64,000 bases of DNA, from positions 41,170,001 through 41,234,000 of the forward strand of contig NC_086108.1 in assembly GCF_963921235.1 (NCBI RefSeq), read 5' to 3'. The stretch is from Mobula hypostoma. Its lineage: Eukaryota. The notes below the pieces were generated by a model. That model saw only the letters and a list, made by a program, of their open reading frames with translations. It made no database searches and had not been told where the DNA came from. Positions 1 through 13,195 of this stretch are shown here, piece by piece (the first letter of the stretch is position 1; every line of letters begins with the position of its first letter). Made by a program: the position numbers and the translations under genes.

Positions 1-489
1 ATGGCCATCTGAGACCATATTTGTCCTCTCAAATAGATTCCCATTCTTCACTGGAGGAGACAAGGTCAAACCTCTCAAGAGCCTGAGATCTGCCATCCCA
101 CAATGGCATTAAAGATTGGCAACATCAAATGGCTCTTTGGGTTGGTCAAACTGGTTACATCCTATTTAAGAAATTCTAATTAGCCTAGGTATGGTCACAG
201 TTCAGTGGAATACTCAGTGGACAGAATTGAATTCAAAGTTTTCACTGGCACCAGTAGAGGTCACTATCTCAATGGACAGCAGGCCAGTTTAACAAACCAA
301 ACTTAATTTGCCTAGTTTTCTTGGACCTCACTAATCCTTTGACTCTGCTGGGAAGGGGTGTGGAATACTGTCCTCAAATTTGGCTGCCCATAGCGATTTG
401 CTTCTATGGCATATTTGCTCCATGACAGTAAGATACAAGACAACTGTTCTTCAGTGCTAAACAAGGCAGTATCATTGTCCCAAGAGAAT

Positions 490-794
490 AAGAGACAATC
501 TTAAAGAGATTTACAAATGTATGAGGTAGATAGATAGGGTAAATGCTTTTTTTCCCTAAGTTAAGTGGGTCTAAAACTAGAAGTTGTGGGTTTAGGGTGA
601 AGGGTGAAGTATTCATGGGGAATCTGATGAGGAACTTCTTCAGTTAGAGGGTGGTGCAAGCTAATAGCGAAATGGTGGACACAGTTTCAATTACGATACT
701 TCGATGTTTGGACAGGTACATTGATGAGATGGGTATGGAAGACTATGGTCTGGTGTAGATGGGACTAGGCAGAAAACCAGTTTGGCATCAACCA
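490..794 (+). mobile_element. CR1 LINE 3' end fragment, decayed
   Basis: Resembles the CR1 RT C-terminus/3' UTR at 59700-60110 (aaaactagaag..tgggtttagggtgaagggtgaag..ggaacttcttcagttagagggtggtg). Confidence 0.75.
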
Positions 795-2742
795 AGACCA
801 TAAGACATAGGAGAAGAGTTAGGCCATTCAACCCATTAAGTCTGCTCTGCTATTTCATCATGGCTGATCCCGGAGGCCATTCAACCCCATACACCTGCCC
901 TCTTACCATATCCCTTGATGCCCCAACCAATTAGGAATCTATCAACTTCTGCTTTAAATATACCCATGGACTTGGCCTCCACCACTGTCTGTGGCAGAGC
1001 TTTCCACAGATTCACCACTCTTTAGTTAAAAAAATTCTTCCTTACTTCTGTTCTAAAAGGTCTCCCCTCAATTTTGAGGCTGTGCCCTCTAGTTCTGGAT
1101 ACCTCCACCAGGGAAAACATTCTCTCCACATCCACCTTATCAAGTCCTTTCAACATTTGGTAGCTTTCAATGAGATCCCCTTGCATTCTTCTAAATTCCA
1201 GTGAGTACAGGCCCAAAGCTGCCAAACACTCCTCATTTGTTAACACCTTCATTCATGGAGTCATCCTCATGAACCTTCTCTAGACTCACTCCAATGACAA
1301 CACATCCCTTCTGAGATAAGGGACCCAAAACTGTTAACAATACTCCAAGTGCGGCCTGACTAGGGTCTTATAAAGCTTCAGCATTATCTCTTTGTTTTAA
1401 TATTCTATTCCACTTGAAATAAATACCAATATTGCAGCTGCCTTCTTTACCACAGATTCAACCTGTAAATTAACCTTCTGGGAGTCTTGCACGAAGACTT
1501 CTAGGTCCCTTTGCACCTCTGATGTTTGAATTTTCTCCCCATTCAGATAATAGTCTGCACTATCGTTCCTTTTAACAAAATGCATTATCATACATTACCC
1601 AACACTATATTCCATCTGCCACTTTTTTGCCCATTCTTCCAATTTGTCTAAGTTCTGCTGCAATCGCATTACTTCCACAGCACTAGCTGCCCCTCCACCC
1701 ATTTTCTGATCATCTACAAACTTTGCCACAAAGCCATCAATTTCAGTATCTAAATAAGTGACAAGTACAGTAATGTGAAAAGCAGCGGTCCTTGAGGAAT
1801 ACTACTAGTCACTGGCAGCTAACCAGAAAAGACCCCCTTTATTCCCACTCATTTCCTCCTGCCTGTCAGCCATTCCTCTCTCCATGCCAGTATCTTTCCT
1901 TTAAAACCATGGGATTTCATCTTGTTAAGCAGCATCATGTGAGGCACCTTATCAAATGCCTTCTGAAAATCTAAGTAAATGACATCCACTACTGCTCCTT
2001 TGTCCACCCTGTTTGTAACTTCCTCGAAGAATTTGTCAGGCAATATTTCCCTTTATAGAAACCTTGCTTACTCTGACTTGTTTTACCCTTAGTCTCTAAG
2101 TACCCCAGTACTAAAATACTTTTAGTATCCTGCTTTATATTATTGGCTAGTTTTCCTCTTATTTCATCTTTCCCCTTCTTTTAGCTTTTTTAGTTGTCTT
2201 TTGTTGGATTTCAAAAGCTTCCCAATCATCCAACTTCCTACTCACTTTTGCTACCTTATATGCTCTTTCCTTGGTTTTTATGCAGTCCTTAATCTCCCTT
2301 TTTAGCCACTGTTGTCCAGCCCTGCCATTTGAGAACTTTTTCTGTGGGACACATCTATCCTTCACCTTGTGAACTATCCCCGGAAACTTCAGCTCCCTCT
2401 GTTCTGCCATCATCCTCGTCAGTATCCTCCTCCAATCCACCTGGGCAAGCTCCTCTCTCATGCCTCTTTAATTTTCTTTATTCCATTGAGATACTGATAT
2501 ATGTGACTTATATTTCTCCCTCTCAAACTGCAGTATGAATTCAGTCATATTATAATCACTGCCTCCCAAGGGTTTCTTTACGTTAATCCAACTAATAAAA
2601 TTAGACAACACCCAATCTAAATTAGCCTTTCCCCGAGTAGGCTCGAGCACAAGCTGCTCTAAAAACCCATCTTGTAGGCATTCAACAAATTCCCTCTCTT
2701 GTGTTCCAACACCAACCTGATTTTGCCAATCTCCTTGCATAT
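795..2742 (-). mobile_element. CR1 LINE, 5'-truncated and internally deleted (APE endonuclease end, RT, 3' tail)
   Basis: Minus ORFs FVECLQDGFLEQLVLEPTRGKANLDWVL, VDVIYLDFQKAFDKVPH and LGLYSLEFRRMQGDLIE; short-repeat 3' tail at about 795-810. Confidence 0.92.
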
Positions 2743-2849
2743 TGATGGGCTGAAGGCCCTGTTTCTGTGATGTGTTGCTCTATGAATCTATAATCCGGAA
2801 ATCATGAGCCACTGTCCATAGCTTGCAAACTACTTCTCAGTAAAGGCAT

Positions 2850-3370
2850 ATGTCAGTACCACCCTTTCAGTGCTTCAGTGCACTATTGGAGATAAAGGAC
2901 ATCTGATGGTAGAACCTCATAACTGGCATAAAATACGGAATCTACAAGACAGCAGATCCCTGCCCATCTATATGTTTCTAAGGCCAGGACTACTAGCAGA
3001 TACCGTAAGTCACTGGAAAACTATCACAAATGCTGACTCTGCAAATCCTCCAAATTCACAGTCATACCAATGTCAGTGTCATTTTGCAGGCCAATGGCCC
3101 CAACATTGTCATGCACCCAAGTTCCATCCCACTGCATTGAATGGGCTATGTCGCTTCCATGCCTGACTCCACATTTCAAAACTGACCCTCTTTTCTAAGC
3201 ACTATTTTGTGAAGAAGCAGTCAGGCAGGCACAGGAAAAGACTCAAGAATGTGATCAAAGCCATCTAAAGGAAAATATAACATCCCTACTGACTCCTGGC
3301 ATCTCCTTTATGATTCATTTTAGGCCAGAGGATGATGATTCAAATTGCTATTGAGAATCTGGAAAGCATA
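2850..3370 (+). mobile_element. Old RTE-clade LINE fragment (RT C-terminal region)
   Basis: Degenerate match to RTE C-terminal motifs (LQIH.., GHV..MPD.., KR.KDV.KA.L..NIPTDSW) across stops and frameshifts. Confidence 0.45.
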
Positions 3371-3589
3371 CATTGGAAAACCACAGAGCCTCTACGTAGT
3401 GTAATGGATATTTACTGTCCAGGGCCTGGGGGGCGGGGGGGGGGGTGGGGGGTGGAGTGGATGGGGGGTTGTTGCAAAGCTCAGGCTTCTAACACAGCAT
3501 TTGACTCTTCCAGAGGTAAAACTGTTGTTTTTGAGTAAGATAAACTTCCAACCAATATTCTGTGCTCAGCTTCTTGTCATAAAAAGAAC

Positions 3590-4110
3590 TCTCTGGAACT
3601 GTACACACTGGCTGTATGGCAAAAAAAAAAGCACAACAGCGTCTTTTTCACTTCAGGCAACTGAAGAAGTTCAGCATGAGCCCTTAAGTCCTCAAGACCT
3701 TCTACAGGGGCACCATTGAGAGAATCCTGACTGGCTGCATCACTGGCTGGTATGGGAACTGCACCAAACATTATCACTGGGCACTGCAGAGAGTGGTACA
3801 GAGAGCACAGCACATCTGTGGTCATGAACTTCCCTCCACTGAGGACATTTACAGCAGCAGGTGCGTAAAGAAGGCCTGGAAGATCATCGGGGCCACCAGT
3901 CACCCCAACAAAAAGCTGTTTCAGCTGCTTCTGTCCAGCAAATGGTACTGCAGCATTAAAGAGAGGTCCAACAGACTATGGGACAGCTTCTTTCTTCTAG
4001 CTATTAGCTATTAAATTCAGATGTCTGTACATTGCAACAGAATAATAACGCAAACATTTTTGCTCCCTCACATTTTACGACAGTGTAAGATTTAAATAAG
4101 TTCAAATACT
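3590..4110 (+). mobile_element. Rex1/Babar-type LINE 3' fragment
   Basis: KKAQQRL..LKKF..TFYRGTIERILTGCITGWYGNC and ORF 3793-4014 (SHPNKKLFQLLLS..RLWDSFF). Confidence 0.8.
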
Positions 4111-4601
4111 AATTCAAATTTAAATTTAATCTTCAGTTTTTAATGTAAATTACAAGCGATAATCAGTCTGAAGATAAAAGGACAGTTTTGCAAACAAACA
4201 TCACCATCTATAAAGCACAGGCTGCTGGCCCACAGTACGGGCTCGGCTGCTTATGAGATGCAGTGTAAAACAATGGAGTTATGTTAATTGGGCCTGTATC
4301 AAAGCAGTCAACACTGGCAAAATTATTTAGTTCAAGGAAGCTTGCAGACCAGTCTGATACTATCACTTAGCACATCAAGCAGCTGATCTGTTAATAGTTG
4401 AAAGATTTGTGTACTCAGAGAGTCAGCCCTCACATTATTAATTTTGGGTGGCTGAGATTGCTATTCCCAAAAGCTTTTTGATCATCTGTGTGAAGTCACA
4501 AGTAGAAAAAAAACAAGATAAATGTTAGAGAGCAATTAGGCTTGTTAGGAATGGTCAAGGAAGGATAGGAAGAACGACAGGAATGCAGGGTGAGTACTTA
4601 C

Positions 4602-4655
4602 CATTTTTCTGCCTTCGATTTCTGTGATGTTCATCTGCAACTCATGGGTATACCT
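4602..4655 (-). CDS. Candidate internal exon (RYTHELQMNITEIEGRKM), unidentified gene
   Basis: Minus strand ttacag|54 nt open, phase 0-0|gtaagt. The polypyrimidine tract is weak. Confidence 0.25.
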
Positions 4656-5039
4656 CTGTAACTTATAGGAATTGGACGTGTGTTTTGGAAATCCTTTGTG
4701 TTTCAGAAATCGTTTGTAATTTGGAAATCTTTTATAAGATAAAAGTTCTCTGAGTTTTAAACATGTTTTAAGAATTTTATCTAAATTTATACATGTTCCA
4801 CTAAAAATAAATGAACTGTGTTTAAACTACATGGTTAGCTGGAAGAATCTCCTCCTTAGTGGGAGGGCAGCCCAACAAACAAATAATGGGTACTGACAGC
4901 CAAACTCACCATGGAGCATAAAGAGGGAAGTGATCAAGCCTTTGAAGAGTAGGTGGCTACAGCATAACCTCACTTTAATGAAAGTTCTCGTAGCTATCTA
5001 TACAGGATAGGACTTAAGATCTTCATCTGAGTTCAGAAC

Positions 5040-6000
5040 TTTATGGACAGCAAACCCAATACCATCATATTAGTAGATGGATGAAGAAATCCACTACCTC
5101 ACAAACTCAGGCCCGCACAGGACACGTCAGGTTTCCATTTCTGTGAGCTGTTCATAACTTGGATAGTTTGCAAGTTGGAAATTTAGCCATGAATGAAGTT
5201 CCCAGGCTGCAAAAGATGCTGCAGCACAAGAAAGGACGGCAATCCATCCAACCAACAACCTCAACGGTCATTTGTATGTATAGGCTGTACAAAAGGTGGG
5301 TGTTTGCAATCTGGGAAAGAAATGTACCCACCTGTTACCCCATCAGCAGAACTATCTCTGCAAGAATCTGTGGTTTACACATCCATTTCAAATTAACTAC
5401 GATTCACGAAGAAGCACTGATGGGAGTACAATTTTTTTGTGTCAATTTTATCATCCTTTTGTGAATACGGTCGCATTCTTTTACTGATTCCTCACCAGCA
5501 TTTCGTGAATTCAGTGTTTGACAAATCTGCTCCAGAGTTTCTCTCAGCAGTCTGGAATAAATACTGTCCATCCTTAGGATTTATTCGTTTGGAAGCAATT
5601 CAGCCTGTCTGGAACTTGCATTTCATAGATGGTGAGGTCATTGATTTTTCTTCAGATATCTTGTTTGCTGAGGGTATGTTGTTCATGTCTTCAATTGCTC
5701 TTGTCAATACTCAGAGAAAGTCTTCATAGAAATACTTAATATTCCTTGCTCATACTACATTGCACCTTTTATGATTTTCACCATTTTTCTTATTGTGCCT
5801 GTACTGATGTGATACCTTTTACTGTAACTTTTTTCATCAAGAGGTATGCTTTTTATCTGATGTTCTCTGACCAGCTGATCAGCACTTTCTGATATTCATC
5901 CCAGTGGGCCCTCACTTCTGCTCTGAAGAATGCATACTGTACTAACCACCTTTTGTCACACCATTTCCAAATTGTTATCCTTTTGTCAAGCAGCAGCTGA
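5040..6000. mobile_element. Highly decayed RTE-like fragments (plus-strand 3' end about 5040-5420; minus-strand internal piece about 5420-6000)
   Basis: Cys motif SFVCIGCTK near a gaagaag-type end; the minus strand reads as an eroded RT linker. Weak. Confidence 0.3.
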
Positions 6001-6134
6001 TAATTTTAATGATCATATCTATCCAGTTATGTCCAGTAAGTGCAAGGATGGATCGAACCTAATTGTTCTCAGAACAGATGAACATGCATTGGAGTTAGCA
6101 TGACACTATTACAGCTTATTTCTGGCATTCTCTG

Positions 6135-6335
6135 AAAGAAAGTTTGTACGTTCTTCCCTGTATGTGCATGGGTGGAATTGTCCAACAACTCAAAGATGTA
6201 CTGCTTAGTAGGTTAATTGGTCGTGTAAATTGTCTGGTGTTTAGGCTAGAGTTAAATCGGTTGTTTGCTGAAGACGCAGTTCAAAAGTTCGGAAGGGTTC
6301 GTTCTATGCTATATCAACCAAATAAATAAAATAAC
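6135..6335 (+). mobile_element. V-domain SINE fragment
   Basis: agtttgtacgttcttccc..tgggt..caaagatgtac..ttagtaggttaattggtc core, ending in aaataaataaaat. Confidence 0.6.
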
Positions 6336-7027
6336 ACTAACCTTTCCTTTATTCTAACCCCAAATGTTCTCTCCAGCTCTTGTATAATCTGTTACATACA
6401 GCAACACATTCGTCTATTTACTTAGTGTGAACGTATTTCTATTTTGTTTTCACGAACCTCTTTCAGTTCTCAGCAAGTGCAAGCCAAGTTTAGCTGTAAG
6501 GCTATGTAGCCAATTTCCTATTCTACCAGATTTGGATTCATTTTGAAAAATTCTGCCTCCTGTATTTTCATCTTAATTTTTCTCTGAAGTGTTAATTTTT
6601 AGACATTTCCAGGCTTTAGGCAATCAGGGCAAATTGTTTTCTTTGTATATTCACTTCAATTTCATGCCATCCCTGTTGTTGCTGAGCAGAATAGAACCAT
6701 GCAACATGGAAAAATGTCCTTCTGTCCACTGTCTGCACCCATTTACGCCAATCATGCACTAACCCTATTGAAGAGTAAATGCCATTGGTACATTTTTTTA
6801 TTTAACTAGAACTGAAGTCTTTCATGTTATTTTTCTGCATGACTGTTTTGAAATGGGACCAGAAAGCAGCTAGGTAAACACGAAAAGGTTATGGCAAATT
6901 CCAGTACTGATCAATCTTCTAAATTTATGTAATTTCCCAATTATCTTCCTGTGTTGGATTATCCAGTGTCTATAACACAACTGATTTGCATAATGCACAC
7001 TCTGAATGAAATATTGTTAGGTATTCT

Positions 7028-8145
7028 GCTATTATGCATCAGACCACACAGCCACTATGGAGAGAGAAACAGCTAATATTTCACCTTGACAACCTTCAAT
7101 CAGAACTAGAAATGAAGCAAGTTTTAACAGACTGACAAAGTTAGTGAGCGGGTTGGAATGTGCAAAAGGGAAGGCTTGTGGAACACAGGAAAAATGAAAA
7201 GTTAAAAGAATCAAGAATAAAAATCAAAGGAAACAACTGATAGGCAGCAAGTATTTCGGACAAAGTGCAGAATAATTGTTGCTCTTACAAAGGGAACTAG
7301 AGTAAATGTTAAGCATTTGAAACAACGTCAAAATACCAATTATCTAATGTTGTAGAATTTATTTTTGAGTCCAAGAGTTTATTATGTGCCATTGCTTCAG
7401 CTTGAACAAAACAGAATATTAGCCTGACGAGACAGAGCATAGAGTCGTAGTGAGGCAAAGTGTTAAAATGACAGGGAATTAGAAAGTTGAGTCGCACTTG
7501 TGAACAGAACAGAGCTGTTACACAAAACACCTACCCATTCTGTATTCCTCTCTCCAATGGAGAAGAGATCACATTGGGAGCAGCAGTTTCAATTGAAAGT
7601 ACAAAATAAATCTGGTCCATATAGGTAGAATCTTTGAGCCCTTGAACTGTAGAAATGGAAGAGGTAAAAGGGCTGTTCATGCATGGGACATTCCTTGGAA
7701 CGGAGAGTCCATGGATGGGTGGAGATTGAGGAGTGAACCAGAACATTTGGGAAATACTTGACTCTCTGGAATGCTGAAAATGAAGTAGAGAGGAAGATGT
7801 GCCTACCAGAGGCATCCTCCTGGAGGTTTGAAAATCTAGTGAATGTGAAGGCTGTCGGATTGAAAATGAGGTCAGAGGGAATCTTAAATAAATTATTGAA
7901 GCCCCAGAGATAGTGAATTGCTTGAAGAAGATCAGGCAACACCCCTGTAAACAGGAAACAGGTTAACATGTCGGATCAATTTCCTTCCATCACATCTAAT
8001 GAACATAGAGCATTACTTTAATCGTCATTGACCTCAAGCATTGCTTCTCCCTCCACAGATGTTACCTAATCTGCTGACTATTTCCAGTATGTTCTGCTTT
8101 AATTTCAGATTTCGTGCATCTGCAGTTTCTTTTGCCCTTATCAAC
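7028..8145. mobile_element. Old Penelope-like element in inverted arrangement (long minus arm, short plus 3' end)
   Basis: 7030-7900 is an eroded reverse complement of the PLE 3' region; 8040-8135 is a plus-strand PLE terminus. AGGTATTCT occurs at 7019-7027 and 8146-8154 (possible TSD). Confidence 0.5.
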
Positions 8146-8805
8146 AGGTATTCTATTCTGGTTCAGGAAGTTGGATAAAGCAGTGCGAACAGAAATGCCT
8201 GAGATTGAACAGATTCAATGGGTCTGTTATTCCCTAAAGCTAACTACTATCGTACTGGTGCAACTCTATGAAGACAATAATCAGTAATAAGGACTACATG
8301 GCAATGACTCTGTGAACAGTTAGCTATTGATGGAAAATTTATAGAGATAAGATTTATTATAGATTTCCCATTATCCCTGCCAAACAGAAATGTACCTTTA
8401 CCATTTTCCAGAGATTTAAAAATATTAATGTTCTACATTTTAAGTCTGTTGCATTTATAAACATCATGAAGCATTTCTGTGAATACATAAACGTAATAAA
8501 ATACATAAGTTTAGAATGCTGTCCAGGATTTGTTGTGAAATTTTATTTAAAATATAAAGTGAAAATGTGAGAATTCAAGGTCTACTCCATGGTACACTGC
8601 ATGGACTAAAAGTAGTAAGATTAAACACAAAAAAAGTATTGTTTAGTTGCCACTGAGTTTGGAGTTTTAAAAATCAGCAGAGTTTGAAACTCCATTTTTA
8701 AAGTGTATAAGTTACTACTTTAATGTACACTAGATTAATTGTAGTTTCACTAACATGTATGTCAACGTAATACTTTGGGAAAGCATAATAACTTAAAATA
8801 GGAAT

Positions 8806-9042
8806 TGTGTATTTAATGTTACAGTAATACTTGAGTAATCTTGTAAATATATTAGTTAGTTAAGCTTTCATTTTGGTTTATATAATTCATCATGGTTATA
8901 TGTTAAAATGTGTGATTAAATATGTTGTGAGACTTATGATACATGTGCACCCTGCTTAAAATAAAAATTAAGTTAGAATCACATTTTAGAATTCCAGTTT
9001 CCTTTTAGTTTGTTTAATGTTTTGGAGTTACAAAACATAACA
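8806..9042 (+). repeat. 5' LTR of the Gypsy element, followed by a PBS remnant (gtggcaagg)
   Basis: Aligns with 12985-13195 (atcttgtaaatatatt...tttggagttacaaaac..aaca). Confidence 0.85.
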
Positions 9043-9279
9043 GTGGCAAGGATCTACGTTTAAAACGAACCTGAAAAGACTACCTATCTGTTGAAGCACA
9101 GCAAGACATCTGTGTTTTTAAAAAAAATGTGTAGCAAGAAATGGTCAAATGTTTTTTAAAAAGCACCACAGCCCATGCACAGAAGGTCAAGTTAAAAAAA
9201 TGGAAGGAAACAGAAGAATTCATTCATTCAAGAGCAGTGATTACCAGATGATAATAATAATCATTAAAAAGGAATAGAA

Positions 9280-12042
9280 AAGGCTAGCTGCATTGGGAAG
9301 ATTGACATGCTTGATTACACAACAGATAACTGGATTTGGTATACTGAGCAAATGGAATAGCCAATGAGAAACAAGTACCAGTTATTTTCTGAGTACACTG
9401 AGTTTAAAGGCATACAGTTTGCTTTGAAGTTTAACTGCTCCAACCAAACCTGCTGAAAAGAGCTTTGCTAATATTGTGAAAGTAGAGCAGGAATGCTTAG
9501 AAACGAAATCATTGTTGATTGCAGAATGCTTCAGATTTCATAAGCAGAATCAAAAGGAAGGAGAGTCCATTTAGCATAAATGGCTGAATTAAAGTGATTG
9601 TCTGAGTATTGTCAGGTTGGTAATGGGTTTAATGATGCACTAAGAGATCATTTAGTTTTTCAGCAGTTGAAATATCTTTATCAATGGAAACAACAGAGTC
9701 GTAATTGTATTGAAGTCAGGAAGGAAAGCCAGCGTAACAAAGATTACAACCTATAAAATGAGACCTGCTTGGCCGAAAAAACTGTGTCACCTTTGTTACA
9801 GGGGCTCACATACTCCAGAGAAATGGAGATTTAAAGGTAAAACCTGCAGAAAATGCAATAAAGTCAGACACATACAAAGAGCATGGTGGGCAGACAAAAT
9901 AAGTGGACTGCACAAGATAGAGAAAAAAATTTTAAAAATACCAAGTTCCAGTTTCAAAAAGAGCACAAATTTGCATGTTGTTGATGAAAAATATGATAAT
10001 GATGAGAGTGACACAGGACTGAGTAGCCTTTAGATTTACAATGCGAAAAGTAATAATACAAAAGTAATATGGTTTACACTAGGGGTGAATGGCAAATTAA
10101 TTAAAATAGAATTGGACACTGACTTGGCTGTTTCAGTCATTCCACAAAATCAGTTTGAATGGCATTTCAACAATACTAAACTAAATCCTGCAGATGTCCA
10201 TCTAAGAACTTATACTCCAGAAAAGATAACTTCTGTGAGAATGACATTTGTAACAGTGAAATACAACAACCAACAAGCATCATTTGGCTAATATGTGGTA
10301 AAAACGGGAGGGTCAATACTGTGGGGTGGTGATTGGCTAAGACAGCTACAGCTTGATTGGAGATCATCCACCATTTGCATGTCACATCCCAGGCAATAAA
10401 GCCAACTGAAAGTAAATTAAGAAAAGTACTGGATAATGGTACAGCAGTGCTCAGGGATGCCGTTGGAAAACTCAAACATATCAAGGGTAAATTCATGTTA
10501 AATGAAAATGCTGCACCCAAGTTTTGCAATGCCCATCCGGTTCCTTATACCCTCTGTGATAAAGTAGCCAGTGAGCTAGATCACATGGAGGAATTCTTTC
10601 CAAGTTTGAGTGGAGCCCATGGGCAATGCCAGTACTCCCAGTTGCCAAGAAGGATGGGTCTTCCAAGATCTGTGATGATTTTAAAGTTACCATCAAACCA
10701 GTACTGAAAGGAGATTGATATCTTCTGCCCAGGATAAAGAATATCTTTGCAAACCTTCGGGAGGAAAACACTTCAGCTAAGTGGACTTAGCTGAGACCTA
10801 CCTACAAATAGAGATGGAAGAAGAGACCAAAGTGTTTCTCACCATAAACACTTATAATGAACTTTATTGTTACAATAGGCTTGTTTTTGGAGTGGCATCG
10901 ACACCAGCACTCTGGCAGAGAGCTATGGACCAGATGCTGCAAAGGTGGCGAGGCGCTCAGTGTTACCTGGATGGCATCATTGTCACCAATAAGGATGACA
11001 AGAAACATCTTTAAAACCTCAAGACAGTGTTAAAAACATTTGAAAGTTTTGAGCTCAGAGCGTAATGTGACAAGTGTGAATTCTTTAAAACAAGCATCAC
11101 TTACTGTGGCCACACTATTGATGCACAAGGATTACACAAGTGTGCTGAGAAAATACAAGGAGTGGTGGATGCCCCAAGGTCAAAGGACGTGTTATGGTAT
11201 GGTCCTTCTTAGGATTTGTCAATTACTACAACAGGCACACATTTCTTAGCAGTGGCCAGAAGAGTTCTCATTAGCCTCCACTACAGCCTCACACAATGTT
11301 GGTGTGTTAAGAAGCATTTTCGCAAGGATTGGTGTCTCAGAACATTTAGTCAGTGACAACGGACCACAGTTAGTTGTGGAGCAGTTTCAGTCATTCCTGA
11401 AAATGAATAGAATTAGGCATATTACATCTATACCATACCACCCAGTTACGAATGGCTTGGAAGAAAGATTTGTCCAGAGTCTAAAGAATACATTGCAAGC
11501 AATGTAAGCAGAACACACTACACCGACACTGAATAAGAAACTCACCAATTTCTTCCTTGCATATCACACACAATGCAACAGACTCCACAACCAACAACTC
11601 ACCAGCTATGCATCCACGCCTGGGTTTGATCAAACCCAAGCTCAGAAAGATACTGCAGGATAAGCAGCTGAGGCAAATTCAGACTCCTCAAACAAGAGCA
11701 TTCAATGTTTCACTCCTGGACAAGCCAAGCAGTCCTGGTGAAAGACTGCAGAGGTGATCAAAAGTGGCCACTAGGAAAGATTAAGAACCATTTTCCTACA
11801 CAGTGGAGATTGCATCTGATATCATCTGGAGACGACACATTGATCAGTTGAAGAGAGCAGAGTCAATTTTTAGAGCAGCTGGATGTCCAGAACTGTCAGA
11901 ACTATTTCTAGCAGTCCCAGAGTCAACTCCTACAACCATTATGGAGGAGGCCCCAGAACTAGAGATTGTTTCACAGCCACAAGTCTCACCTACCAAACAG
12001 AGTGGCCCCCTTGACAGGAAAGAAGTTAACCCACAAGAGTAA
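9280..12042 (+). pseudogene. Gypsy gag-pol pseudogene
   Basis: CHLCYRGSH..CRKCNKVRH (knuckles); IELDTDLAVSVI (protease DTG-like); DLAETYLQ..LVFGVASTPALWQRAMDQML..YLDG (RT YxDD decayed); LVSDNGPQ..YHPVTNGLEERFVQSLK (integrase). Many stops and frameshifts. Confidence 0.9.
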
Positions 12043-12142
12043 GAAAGCCACGTCAGTGATTAAATCTTTAGGCCTGAATGGGACAACCTAAAATTTATTA
12101 TGCTACGGATGTCTATGTAGTAGCTGTGTTATATAGTATACT

Positions 12143-12984
12143 GAATCAGAACCAGGTTTGATATCACCAGCATATGTCATGAAATTTGTTAACTTAGTTC
12201 AGAAGTACAAAGCAATACATGATAATATAGAAAGAAAATAAATAAGTAAATCAATTACAGTAAGTATATATGTATATTAAATAGTTAAATTTTAAAAATA
12301 GGTCAAAAAACAGGAATAATAAAAGTGAGGTGGTGTTCATGGGTTCGATGACCATTTAGGAATCGTATGGCAAAAGACAAGAAGCTGTTACTGAGTTGCT
12401 GAGTGTGTGCCTTCAGACTTCTGTACCTCCTTCCTGACGGTATCAATGAGAAGAGGACATGTCCTTGGTTATGGGGGTCCTTAATGATGGATGCCACCTT
12501 TCTGAGGCACTGCTCCTGGAAGATGTCTTGCATACTACAGAGGCTAGTACCCAAGATGGAGCTGACTAATTTTACAACTTTCTGTAGCTTCTTTCGATCC
12601 TATGCAGTAGCCGTTCCCCCACCCCGCCATACCAGACAGTGATGCAGCCTCTCAGAATGTTCTCCATGGTACATCTGTAGAAGTTTTCAAGTGTTTAAGG
12701 TGATAAACCAAATCTCTTCAAACTCCCAATGGAATGTACCTGCTGCCTTGCCTTCTTTATATATGTTGGGACCAGGTTAGATCCTCAGAGGATCTTGATA
12801 CCCGGGAACCTAAACTTACTCACTCTCTCCACTTTTGACCCCTCTATGAGGATTGGTTTGTGTTCCCTCGTCCTACTCTTTCTGAATTCCATGATCAACT
12901 CTTTGGTCTTACTGACGTTGAGTGCAAGGTTGTTGCTTCGACACCCCTTAACTGGATGCTATATCTCACTCCTGTATTCCCTGT
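12143..12984 (-). mobile_element. Rex1/Babar-type LINE fragment nested in the Gypsy 3' end
   Basis: ORF 12303-12554 (ASIIKDPHNQGHVLFSLIPSGRRYRSL); the minus strand also reads NLALNVSKTKELIMEFR. Confidence 0.85.
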
Positions 12985-13195
12985 ATCTTGTAAATATATT
13001 GTTTGATTAAGCATTCTTTGTATTTACATAATTCATTATGTTATATATAAGAATACGTGAATTGCATATGTCATGATCCTACCATATGATATGTGTGCAC
13101 CTTGTTTAAAGTAAACACTAAGTTATAGACTCAAATTTCAATTCCCATCTTCTCCTTTTAATTAGTTTAATGCTTTGGAGTTACAAAACGAAACA
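12985..13195 (+). repeat. 3' LTR of the Gypsy element (first ~30 bp missing)
   Basis: Direct repeat of 8838-9042, ending in CA and followed by the TSD. Confidence 0.85.

Larger units (their letters stand above)
8806..13195 (+). mobile_element. Gypsy/Ty3 LTR retrotransposon provirus, decayed, both ends present
   Basis: TG..CA ends; GGAAT TSD at 8801-8805 and 13196-13200; two LTRs; gag Cys/His knuckles, protease, RT and integrase in Gypsy order. Confidence 0.92.

Noticed and set aside
3427..3468. G-rich run with G-quadruplex potential
   Set aside because: Simple low-complexity tract, prone to sequencing error, with no functional context.
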